DNA of 64,000 nt from Mobula hypostoma (taxonomy: Eukaryota), in contig NC_086112.1 of the NCBI RefSeq assembly GCF_963921235.1, positions 35,030,001-35,094,000 on the forward strand, written 5' to 3'. Shown here piece after piece: positions 52,530-64,000 of the stretch. The position numbers and the translations under genes are program-made. Below the pieces are notes generated by a model, which saw only the letters and a list, made by a program, of their open reading frames with translations, was not told the DNA's origin and did no database searches. Every line of letters starts with the position of its first letter. The stretch's first letter is position 1.

Positions 52530-53285
52530 AGCTCGTCAAAGGTTTTGGTTTGCATGCTAGCCAGACAAATCAATCCACAAATAAGTACATCAAGGTAGTA
52601 CAAAAGCAAAAAAATATATAGCACACTGATACAGTTACAAACTAAATACAGAGTAGGTAGGTTAATACAGTGCAAAGACCGTGATGAGAGAGAATGAAAG
52701 ATCAAGAGTTCAACTTTATCGTGTAACAGATCAGTTTGAGGATTTTTAACAGGAGGACAGAAGCTGTCCTGAGCCTGGCGGTAAATATTCTCAAACTTTT
52801 GTATCTTCTGCCTGATGGAAGGGGGTAAAACAGAGAATGACTGATTTGGGAGGTATACTTGATAATGTTGGCTGCTTTTCCAAGGAGATGGAAAAGTGCA
52901 GGCATTCAGTGGATTGGAGGCTGATTTTTGTGATAAACCAGGTTAAGTAAACAAACCTCTGCAAGTTCTTGTGGACTGAGGCAGGACAGTTGCCAATTAC
53001 CAAACTATGATGCAGATTGGTGCATTCTGTGGTGCATCCACCAAGATGCAACACAGAGCGTCATAGGAAGTCATTCCTGCCTGTGGACATCAAACTTTAC
53101 AACTCCTCCCTTAGAGGGTCAGACACCCTGAGCCAATAGGCTGGTCCTGGTCTTATTTCCTGGCATAATTTACATATTACTATTTAACTATTTATGGTTT
53201 TATTACTATTTATTATTTATGGTGCAACTGTAACGAAAACCAATTTCACCCAGGATCAATAAAGTATGACTATGACTATGACTAT
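52530..53285. mobile_element. Old L2/Rex-like fragment (minus strand) interrupted by a younger plus-strand 3' end (53038-53285)
   Basis: ORF 52702..52905 FYPLPSGRRYKSL; 53038-53285 is near-identical to the reverse complement of 45073-45320. Confidence 0.75.
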
Positions 53286-56039
53286 CTGTAAAAATTGGCG
53301 AGGGTCACGAGGGAAATGCTGAATTTCCATCTGAGAAGTGGAGGTGCTGATACGCTTTCTTGGCCATACCATCTTCAGTACAAGGCTAGATCAGGATAAA
53401 TTTTTGGTGATATTTGCACCCAGAAACTTAAAGCATTCAACAATTTCCACTTTAGTAGGATGGTAATTGACGGGGATGTGAACTGACTGGTTAGCAGCCT
53501 ACCTAATTACTTACAGTGATTTTACTTGAAAAATAATCTAATAGCTGTGAATAATTTTGTGTGTGTGAAGGATAACACACATTCACATCTGATTGATATT
53601 TATATTCTAATATTAGGATATAAGGTTGAATTGTTTTTATTAACCTGCTCCAGCATCTCTTTAAGAGCTCAACATACAGTACATAGAAAAAAATTGTTTT
53701 GAAACTGTGTAACAGAGAAGGAGCAGATGGTCTACTCTTTACTGAAGGGTTACTGATTACTATCCTTGTTATTTGCTGCAAGTGATTTTAAATCTGATGA
53801 CAGATTTAGGTTTCATGTAATTGGAAGGGGTTGGTTTCTATTATTAGATTTTTTGTCACTGTGAAGATGCTTTTGCCATGTTTAAAAGAAATGATTTAAG
53901 ATGATGCTTTATTGTCATATAGTTTAATGGCAAGTCATACATCAAATGAAAGTCTTTCCTGCATACTCTGAGATAACTATATTGTAATGCTTTTTGCTGC
54001 TCTGTCACTGGTATTTATTTTCTCCTAGAACTTGCATGAACAGAGACAACTTTTATACTGTAGTACCTCAAAACCTTCTGATAGTTTTGAATAGTAACAT
54101 AATTTTCAGTATCGGCAGAATTTCTGGGGTTTAACATAATTTTTTGCTTATTTTTTCCTGATCAATTGCATAGTAGTTTCAGTGCTGCTTTAATTCAGTG
54201 CAAAGCTCTATGTTTGTTACAATTAGACACTTGGGATGCCTTTTTGTGTCTTTTAAGATTGTTCAGGCTGCAATAGATTTACTGCAGTGAGTACTGCCAC
54301 CCACTACTATAATAGCAAGGAATATAAAAGAAAAATACAACTAGAAAAATGCTTACAATTTAAAAAAAACTCAACATTGTAAATTACACCAGTAGAAATA
54401 TTCAGTTGGATGTTGAAATCTGGACCAAAATATAAACTTTGGGAAGAACTCTCTATTTTCAAATGGCAAGTGGTGAAAAGTCAGATATTTTCAGAGCAAT
54501 TTGCTGATATATTATTAGCATGCACAAATGGAGAAGAAATATGCATAACAATATTCATTTACTGTGTATTGAATTAATAATTGTATTACTTTTATGCAAC
54601 TAATTATGTTATTATAAAGCAAATCTACCGACAGTTGGTGCACAGGAAATTTACGGATATATGATCCACACAACCAACTTGTTAGTTTAATTTTGATGTT
54701 AGGTTGTGGGATGATTGCAGGTCAAGATACTGAAAGGATAATAATGCCTACCATATAGTGTAATAGTATCTCTAATACTCATTTGAGCCATCATCCTCAC
54801 TTTAATAAAGGACCAGACATTGGAAAACCAATGTTCCCCCTTTATTGCGTTGGGTTGTCAACAAAGTTTATGTGTTAAAAATCCAGTGATAGATCTGAAC
54901 TACGTTTGTACAACCTGCTACCTGCAATTGAGGATGCTTTTGGTAGAACCAAGATGACAATTTAATGAACGAGATGTAGAAAGCAAATGCAAAATGAGGT
55001 ATCTTTATCTAAATCTGATAAAAAACTGAATAAATGTGAAGATGGGGAATGTTTTTGCCTTGATTTTCATGTATTAAAGAGCCAATGATACATTGCCTTT
55101 GTTATTCCAGGTGCTACTTAAACAAGTTGTAAGGAAGCCAGCTTCAGGAAATGCTGCTGAGTATTTTTAAAAAAGCATTAATCATTTTCTTAGTATATGA
55201 CCCCTTGCATTATAGGTTATTTTGCTCCTCAGTAACGGTGCATATTGCAATTTTCTGTAATGTGAGGCTATGTCATTTGCACATGCGTCAGGAAATACAT
55301 ATTGGGGAAAAAGTGTTTATTTACCTTTAAAATTGCATGAAAGTCTATTTTATTCTGTACCTCAAATTTTTGGGTAGTGACTTTTGGTAGTGATTTGGGT
55401 AGGTGTACGTATTTCTGTTAACTGAATGGTTGTAATGGATGGGTCACCTGTATGTGAGTGATAGTTGTTATGATTTGTAACTCTAAAACATAAAAAACTA
55501 ATTACAAGAAAAACAAGGGGGCCAGAAAATACTAGAACTCATGTGCATTCTTAGTTTTTACTTTTAGCAAGACGTGCACATATCACGTGGTGGCGTGATG
55601 ATGAATATCATTCACACACCTGTACATGTAACCCATAACGAATTATTTAAACAAACAAGAATGCTTAATCAAATAATATATTTACAATATTACTCAAATG
55701 CCACTGAAATATTAAATACACAACACTCCCCCTGCTTAGCTATGAAGTCCAACTCAATATAGCATGCATCTCAACTATGTAGTATACTATGTAATGCAAC
55801 TATTATACAAATATCAATAGCATAGTAAATTGTTAAATTGTCCCTTTCAGGCCTAAAGATTTAATCACTGTGGAGGCTTTCTTACTCTTGTGGGATAACA
55901 TCTTTCCTGACAAGGGAGTTCACTCTGCTTAGCAGGTGAGACTGAATGTGAAACAATCTCAGGTTCTGGGACCTCCTCCATGGTGGTTGTAGGAGTTGAC
56001 TCTGAGTCTACAGGAAGTGGTTCTGATGGCACTAAAGCT

Positions 56040-56915
56040 TATTGTCTTTCTCTCAGTTTTTCTCTCTGGATCTATTTGGACCCTTACTTTTCTCCTGGTC
56101 CCAGCTTCTTTCTTTCTGTTTATCCTGCTCTTTTTCTTTCTCACGTTCCTTCTCTCTTTCACGCCTTTCTTTTTCTCGCTCACATTCTTTCTCTCTATCT
56201 CTTCTCCCCTTTTCAACTTATTGGCTTTCTTTTTCTTGCCTTCCTTTTTCTTTAGGTCCTTGTCTCTGAGTTTGCTAATGTCTTGAGAAATTAGGTCTCA
56301 TTTAACCTCTTCTATTTCCATAGTTCTTATGTCATCCTCTTTCTCTTCCTTATTCTTCTTTCTCGGATGTGCATCTTGATCTTGGGAAGGTGCATTTAGT
56401 TCACTCTTCTTAATCCTTCCTTTGCTGCCTTTACGATCTGATTTCTCCTTTTGGCTTCCTCATTCACAGCATCATCTGATGATTCCTTTGTTCTTGTATA
56501 TTCATTGATTTTGTTCTTTCTGGCCTTCCATTCATCCAGCTGAGCTTTGGTCTTTGCATCTACTTTTACAAGCAGCTTTTTGTCTTCCACTTGAAGTTCA
56601 TGTAATAACTTAATGCATGCAGACTGTATTCTGGTTCTTTATAGTCACAAAAGCTGAAAGCTTGCAACTTTCCGAAAATTCCTTGACACTCTTCCTGCTG
56701 AGAACCAAGCCACATCTCTCAAGTAACTGTGATTAACATATCAGAAGCTTTTTTACAAAAACTGTTGTAATCAGTCCACTGTTTTCAACAGTTTCATACC
56801 GTCTGAGCAGCAAGGTCCTTCCTTGGTCCAATATGATTTCCACCCAGAAGCACAGAGTTTGGCACCAACACCTGTTTGCCCTCTGTTGGGCAACAGTTCA
56901 TGGTGTACAGCATGG
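56040..56915 (-). pseudogene. RBM25: Intronless RBM25 fragment (RRM to Arg/Glu-rich region) inside the Gypsy element
   Basis: KKLLVKVDAKTKAQLDEWKA; upstream remnants TTVFV, KASDMLI, CGLVLS, GKLQAF.FC.YKEPE; RE-rich tail; frameshifted and contiguous without introns. Confidence 0.85.
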
Positions 56916-59029
56916 AGACAGTTGTGGCATAATCCAGTACCTTTCTTCATTTGCTTTCAGTTGACTCTATTACAGGGGATGCAGCATGCCAAGTAGTGGA
57001 TGGATCTCCAATCAGATTGTAGTTATCTCAAACAATCAGGTCCCCACAATGCTGGCCATCCTGTTTTTTTTACTGCATACAAACCCAATATGACTTGCTG
57101 GCTGTTGTATTTCACTGAATTACAAATGTCATTCCCACAGGGGTTATATTTTCTCCAGTATAAGTTCTTAGTTGGATATCTGCAAATCATTTTGTGGAAT
57201 GGCTGAAACAGCTGAGCCAGTGTCCAAGTCCATTTTAATTAGTTCACTGTTCACTTGGCTACCCAGTCCTTTGTCACTTTAATCATTATCAAATTTTTTC
57301 ATCAACAGCATGCAGAATAGTTCTCTTTTAGAAACTGCAACTTGACTTTTAGTCTTTTTCTCTTCTCTGTTTAGTCCATTTATTTTTGTCTGCCCAACAT
57401 GCTCTTCATATGTGTCCAACTTTGGTGCAGTTTCTGCAAGTTTTGCCTTTAAACCTGCATTGGTCTGGTGTATGTCTGGGGTATGTGTATCTGAGCCCCT
57501 GCCACAATGGTAACAGAGTTTGTTTGGTCAGGCCGGTTTCTGATTAGGCACTGCAAATTTGTTCATGCTCACTTTAATTACTTATTGCAACTCAATTGCA
57601 TCACTATCTACTGTTTCCATTGATACAGCTATTTCAACTGCTCTTTTAAATGTAAGTTGTGCTTCAGCTAGGAGCCATTTTCAAATGTGGATCATAATGT
57701 GTGAGTACAGTGTCTGATGTCACCATTTCCTTTGTCTTTTAGAAAGCCATCTGGCACTGTTTTGTCCTTTGCCATTCCTCTCCAATCTGTAGTAATGAGT
57801 TCAAGGTGTAGAACACAGTAACCAGGTTTGGCAGGAGCCAGTTATTGTAATTAACAAATCCTAAAATATTCCAGAACTGTGACACGTCCTTTGGCCTTAG
57901 GGCATTGAATTTTCACAGCACACTTGTGCAATACTTGTGCGTCAATGGAGTGACTACAGTAAGTGGTGCTTGGTTTAAAGAATTCATGCTTGTTGCATCT
58001 TGCTCTGAGCTCATAATCTTCTAATCCCTTAAAGACTACCTTGAGATTTTGGAGGTGTTCCTCATTATTTCCATTAAAATGGTGTCATCCAAGTGCCTGG
58101 GCAGCCTTGCAGCACCTTGTCCATAGCTTTCTGCTAGAGTGCAGGTGCAGATGCTTCTCCAAAAATAAGCTTATTATAGCGATTAAAGCCTTATGTGACT
58201 GTTTATAGTGAAGAACACTTTGGACTCTTCTTCTAACTTCATCTGTAGGTGGGCCTCAGTTAAGTCCACTTTGCTGAAGTGTTTCTCTTCAGAAAGCTCT
58301 GCTAAGATATCCTCTATCCCGGGCAGAGGATAGTGATCTACTTTCAATACAGGGTTGATAGCAACCCTAAAACACCACAGATCCTGACAGACTCCTCCTT
58401 CTTGGCTTCTGACTGCTAGGAGCCGCTTATGAATGCTTTCTGGTAAGATTCTACAAGCTAAACTATCTCTCAGTGCATCATTAAGTCTATCACTGAGCTG
58501 ACAATGCTCATACAATCTCATCAATTCAGCGCTGAAATGGACTCCCCTTAATTCTGCTTATGAAACCTAAGGTGTTCTACAATCAACAATGGTTTCGATT
58601 CTAAATGTTCCTGCATTACTTTCATGATATCAGCAACATTCATTTCAGGTGGTTTGATTCTAAGCAAACTGTATGCCTTTAAATCCAATGCGGTCAGTAA
58701 AATTGGTACTTGCTTCTTATTGGCTATAACATTTGCTTTAAATTACTGCTCAATCTATTCACTATATAATATCCAGTTCTCTATTGTGCAGTCAAATTTA
58801 TCAATCCTTCAGATGTAGCCAGCTATTTCTGCTCGATTTTAAATGATTATGCTGCTTTTTTTAACTCAATTTTTTTCTTTTGTGAAGGAAATGTGCTACT
58901 CTGAAGAAAAAAATGTGCCTTGCTTTTTATTAAACTAGAATGTTTCACCACGTTTCAACAGCTAGGTAGTCGTCTCAGGTTTGCTTAAAATTTTCTCGTC
59001 GGCACTGTTATGTCTTGCAACTCCAAAAC

Positions 59030-59520
59030 AGTGTTAGCTGTGAGAAGGATGCTAAGAGGATGCAGGGTGACTTGGATAGGTTAGGTGAGTGGGCAAATTC
59101 ATGGCAGATGCAATTTAATGTGGATAAATGTGAGGTTATCCACTTTGGTGGCAAAAACAGGAAAACAGATTATTATCTGAATGGTGGCCGATTAGGAAAA
59201 GGGGAGGTGCAATGAGACCTGGGTGTCATTATACACCAGGGTTTGAAAGTGGGCATGCAGGTACAGCAGGCAGTGAAAAAGGCGAATGGTATGCTGGCAT
59301 TCATAACAAGAGGATTCGAGTACAGGAGCAGGGAGGTACTATTGCAGTTGTACATGGCCTTGGTGAGACCACACCTGGAGTATTGTGTGCAGTTTTGGTC
59401 CCCTAATCTGAGAAAAGACATTCTTGCCATAGAGCGAGTGCAAAGAAGGTTCACCAGATTGATTCCTGGGATGGCAGGACTTTCATATGATGAAAGACTG
59501 GATCGACTAGGCTTATACTT
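59030..59520 (+). mobile_element. CR1 fragment within the Gypsy 5' LTR
   Basis: ORFs 59015..59215 and 59243..59572 WQMQFNVDKCEV, LVRPHLEYCVQFWSP. Confidence 0.92.
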
Positions 59521-60048
59521 GTCAAGCCACACTCAGGTTGGAGGAACAACGCCTTACATTCCGTCTGGGTAGCCTCCAACCTGGTGGCATGAACATTGAC
59601 TTCTCAAACTTCTGCTAATGCCCCACCTCCCCTTCATACCCCATCCGTTATTTATTTATATACACACATTCCTTTTCTCTCTCTCCTTTTGCTCCCTCCG
59701 GCCCCCTCACTATACCCGTTGCCCATCCTCTGATTTTTCCCCCCCTCCCCTTTTCTTTCTCCCTAGGCCTCCTGTGCCATGATCCTCTCATATCCCTTTT
59801 GCCAATCAGCTATCCAGCTCTTGGCTCCATCCCTCCCCCTCCTGTCTTCTCCTATCATTTCGGATCTCCCCCTCCCCCTCCCACTTTCAAATCTCTTACT
59901 AGCTCTTCTTTCAGTTAGTCCTGACGAAGGGTCTCGGCCCGAAACATCGACTGTACCTCTTCCTAGAGATGCTGCCTGGCCTGCTGCGTTCACCAGCAAC
60001 TTTTATGTGTGTTGCTTGAAATTTCAGCATCTGCACATTTCCTCGTGT
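59521..60048 (+). mobile_element. Penelope-like 3' end
   Basis: LRLEEQRLTFRLGSLQPGGMNIDFSNF (GIY-YIG C-terminus), pyrimidine-rich UTR, hammerhead motif, gatgctgcctggcctgctg terminus. Confidence 0.85.
59917..59952 (+). ncRNA. Minimal type I hammerhead ribozyme motif
   Basis: AGTC-CTGACGA-A-GGGTC tc GGCCC-GAAAC-ATC-GACT: stem I AGTC/GACT, CUGANGA and GAAA cores, stem II, NUH triplet. Confidence 0.7.
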
Positions 60049-60150
60049 TAACGAATGTGCATACTTAGTTTGCACTTTTACACGAAATATGGACATATCA
60101 CGTGGTGGCTTGATGACATTTGCCATTCACTTACTTTTATATATAACCTG

Positions 60151-61006
60151 TGTTACGAGAATACACATAAAATTAAGATGTTTGCTGGCCTGGGCTAGCA
60201 TCAGTGGCATCAGCAGTTGGTCTGCCACCTGCCCTCAGGGGAAGGAGAGATAAGGAACAATGGAGCAGCGTCTGGAGATGTGTAATGAAGGGACGTGGGA
60301 GAAAGAGCTGTCTGGAGCGGCTCCCCCTTTGAACCCTGAACTGTTTGAAGTGATGGACAGGCGATACCCCAGCAGGGGGATAAAAAGGGGACAGGTTCGC
60401 TAAGACAGAAACACACGCCACCTGAGGTAACGAGACCCTGGAAGCTGTGCGCCTCTCACGAGTGGGTGAGAAGTATCAGACAACGACAAGGGTGGAAAGG
60501 TACGATCAGCGGGAACCCGGTGTGTGTCCGCCCTTGCCTGGGTGCCGGGTTCACTGCAGAGGATTGACCACATCTGGAGGAGGGGTCACAGTCGGTGACC
60601 TCAGGTGACATCACCAAGGACCCGCCCAAAAGTTGCTTGTGAGCAATCTCGCTGGTCTGTGAGTGAAGCAGTGTTCTGAATGATCAGTTGTTCCTGTACT
60701 CTCTCTCTCTCCCCCCACGTTGTCCCTCGCCATGGCAACGATTACTGCGAACTGAACTGGACTGAACTTTGAGTCATTTTGAAATTTGGTCATTTACCCC
60801 CTAGACAACGATAGAGCTTGATTGATGCTGTTATCTTAATTCTGTGCACATGTGTGTTTATCATCGCTGAACTGTTGCACTTATTATCCTTTCGATTACT
60901 GTGTTGCTTGTTTCTTTAATAAAACTTTCTTAGTTCTAGTACTCCAGACTCCAACTGAGTGATCCATTTCTGCTGGTTTGGCAACCCAGTTACGGGGTAC
61001 ATAACA
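60151..61006 (+). mobile_element. Solo LTR (856 bp) inserted in the Gypsy 5' LTR
   Basis: TGTTA...TAACA termini; exact TSD CCTG (60147-50 and 61007-10); AATAAA near 60918; CpG still retained. Confidence 0.88.
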
Positions 61007-62629
61007 CCTGTAATGAGTTATTTAAACAAACAAAAATGCTTAATCAAACAATATATTTACAACACTACTCAAATACTACTTAAATATTAAATACACAATA
61101 GTTTTAACCCATTAAGATTTCTTTTCACTGTTTTAAGAAACAATGTTTAGAAGCTGACAGTAAACAATGTAATTTAAATGCATTAGATAATTTAACTAAT
61201 TAATATTTGCTGTGTTTTTAAAATAAGAATAAATTACTGTATGTGGCCAAGTTCTGTGTTAATTCCTAAGTAAAAGGTATGGTGTGTTAGGTGGGGGTGG
61301 TTTGTAAAATTTAATATCCCAACTTGATGGAAACCAACTAACTTGAACAACGGACAAACTAAAAGAGTATATAGCTGAAGATTTAATTTTATCCATAAGT
61401 TTGAAAGATTTAAAGAATACACTGGACAACTTTTTTTCAAAAGTGTTGCTTTCTCAAATTTTTTTTTGTTTATGATGGACTGCTTGAAACTGAACACAAA
61501 TATAATTTCAGACTACTTGTATCACATAGGAATTTGGAGAATCAAGTAAATAACTTGTGTTGAATAAAATGCATTTAATTGCATAATATTGCTGACTTTT
61601 GCAATAGTTCAATAGAGCTAAAAATGTTATGTTGATAATTTTAATTTGTACTCAAATGTCTGAGGCTCCTCGCCTCAGCACTGGTCACCGGTGAAGGTGA
61701 ATGAATGCCATCTGCTGCCAGGGCATTGGGCTCAGATCTACAAGACGTCAACATGCACTACCTGTGATTGCAATCTAGCAGTGTATTGAGGGAATAGAAT
61801 TCCTTTTGATTTATAAGGATGTCCTGCTGTTAGTATGCTCACAGGACAATATGGGCAAAGGGGTGTCTCATTCTGCTTTGCTGTCTCTGTGATAAACAAG
61901 ATAAAGCCCTTGTATAGAGAATCTCCAGGCTCGGTCTCCAACAGTAGCTATTTTCTTGTATTTATAAAAGATCAGAGTGCACAAAATCATATTGGCATTC
62001 ACCCTGAACTTTATAACCTTTATGAAGGGAAAAGGTGGGAATATCAGCATAATAGGTACAGTGCTTTAGCTTTAGCTAGATTTCTATAGTGTAAACCAGC
62101 TAGATGACAAACACCCAATTAACAAATTTATCACAGTAATTGCCTGAAGTATTTGTTAGATAAATACACAGTCTAAGCAGGTACAGTGTTGCTGGACTAA
62201 ATGTCTAGTCGGACTGTTTCAGTGCATTTTGCATGACATCCTCTTAACTACCTTGAATCTCTTAACTCAGGTCTGTATTTAAAGTGGAAAGTGGTGCTTA
62301 AGTGTTAAAGGCAGTTTTGGTTAAATAATTTATATTCGTTAATGCTATAGTTTTGCACTTCACAGCTCCTTTTCAACTTTTCTGTTTCCTGATGATTATA
62401 ATGCTACAGCCTGTTAAACAGTATTGAGCTTTGCAATCCTTGGATGTTTGAATAATAATTTCTTGCTAACTTGTTTTGCTTTTACCAATTATCTTTATAT
62501 TCTAGATTATTCTTGTGAACTTTTTTAGGGTTATTTTTACAGTATGAAATTTGGGGCAGTGCAGTAACATAGTGGTTAGCGCAATGCTTTACAGTGCCAG
62601 TAGTCAGTCAGCCAGTCAGTGGGTACCGT

Positions 62630-64000
62630 CCCGAATCCGGGGTTGGCAGCTATGCACCTCCATCTTCTTCGATCCTGTGCTCTTTTTCTGGCCTCAGCAT
62701 AACTCAACCCAGTCCATTGCCTCACATTATCGTACCAAGTGGTTCGCTGCCTTCCTCTTTCCCTCTTTCCTTCTATCATCCCTTCCAATAACAATTTCTG
62801 CAGTCCACCACCTCTTAACAAGTGCCCGGCATATTCCAGCTTCCTTTTCTGCACATTCTTCAGCAACTCCTTTTCTCTCCTCACTCTTCAACACTTCCAT
62901 ATTACTGACCTTCATCGCCCATCTAATTTTCTGCATTCTCCTTAAACACCACATTTCAAATGCCTCCAATTGTCCTTGCACTTCCTTGCATAAGGTTCAT
63001 GATTCGACTCCATACAACAGACTGCTCCAGACATAGCATTTCCAAATTCTACAACGCAGCCCAAAGTCCAACCTCTTGCCACACAGCACGTCACTCAGGC
63101 TCCAGAGCGTTGATCTTGCAATCTCAATTCTTTGTCTAATTTCTGTATCACATTTCCCATCCTTTGTGACCATCTGTCCCAAGTACACAAACTTCTTGAC
63201 TTGCTGTATGCCTACACCGTTAATTTTGATACTGATTTTGGGGATTTCTTCCTTCGTCTTTGCAGCATTTATTTTCATTCCAAATCGTTCTCCTTCAGCA
63301 TTTATCTTATCTACTATTCTGAGTAACTCGTCCTTAGTCTCGGCTAACAAAACTGAATCATCTGCATACCTCAAGTTGTTTACCGTCACTCCACCAATTT
63401 GGATACCAACTTTATCGTTCAACACCCTGAAGATTACCTCTGAGTAAATGTTAAATAATAAAGGGGAGATAATGCAGCCCTGGCGAACCCGTTTTTGGAT
63501 CTCAACTTCCGGTGAATTCCCACCACTAGTTCTTATTACTGCCTTCTGATGCCAGTACAGACGCGCAATCAGTCGAACATCTTGCCCATCCAGCCCCAAT
63601 GAGTTTAGGCAATTGACCAGCTGTTCATGATTGACTCAGTCAAAAGCTTTTTTGTAATCCAGGAAGCACAGGTAAATGTTTTTTTTTTCTGGACCTCGTT
63701 CCACAATCGTTTGCAAATTGAAAATCCCTTCACAGGTACCCTAACCCAGTATAAATCTGCCCTGGCACTCATTAATTTCATTAAGGACTGTCCTTTTTAT
63801 TCTGCTGAAAAGTATTAATAACAAGATCTTGGAGGCATGACTTATAAGACTTATAGTTCTAAAGTCTGAGCATTTCGTGCTCTTACTTTTCTTTGGGATC
63901 ATGGCAAACTCTGACACCACAAAATCTGTAGGCCACTTTACTGTTGAGTAGATTGTATTGCAAAGCCTCGTGATCGCCTCAAACTCTGAGTCGCCAAGGC
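62630..64000 (-). mobile_element. RTE-clade LINE (RT domain and 3' end), continuing past the window edge
   Basis: ORF 62997..63599 RVRQGCIISPLLFNIYSE, NNLRYADD, FVYLG; ORF 62576..62884 LEGMIEGKRERGRQR. Confidence 0.92.

Larger units (their letters stand above)
55466..61098 (-). mobile_element. Rearranged, decayed Gypsy/Ty3 LTR retrotransposon
   Basis: 3' LTR 55466-55725 (TGTTATG..CAACA) next to PPT (aagcagggggag); interrupted 5' LTR 59006-61098; TAGT on both flanks; gag CCHC knuckles, protease LDTGSAVS, RT YPLP.IEDI..FSKVDL, integrase tail YPTRVRKPP. Confidence 0.88.

Noticed and set aside
55980-56286. Hydrophobic plus-strand ORFs that look like membrane proteins
   Set aside because: They are the antisense reading of the purine-rich RBM25 Arg/Glu region
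61706-61720. CTCF-like motif (reverse strand GGCAGCAGATGGCA)
   Set aside because: Single imperfect match with no supporting evidence
62551-62600. tRNA-like sequence
   Set aside because: SINE head truncated by the RTE insertion; no complete cloverleaf

Overview
AT-rich vertebrate genomic DNA, dense in repeats. The CR1, Penelope and tRNA-SINE content suggests a cartilaginous fish (inference). (1) A complete annexin A1-like gene lies on + (12 coding exons, 12413-27683, 338 aa; all GT-AG junctions are phase-consistent), with a TATA box and candidate non-coding exon 1 near 10.5 kb. (2) The first coding exon of MFSD3 lies on + (38492-39161), downstream of a CpG-rich promoter near 34.5-35.3 kb. (3) A second CpG-rich promoter near 31.2 kb appears to drive an unidentified minus-strand multi-exon gene whose candidate exons interleave with the annexin introns (hypothesis). 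(4) The MFSD3 intron holds several composite mobile elements: a hAT-ended element with an 8-bp TSD enclosing a decayed Tigger transposase; a rearranged Gypsy LTR element containing an intronless RBM25 fragment; a Penelope end with a hammerhead ribozyme motif; solo LTRs; and CR1, L2/Rex-like and RTE LINEs. A foldback mariner MITE sits in an annexin intron. No CRISPR array, rRNA or intact tRNA gene was seen. Repeat boundaries are approximate unless a TSD is given.
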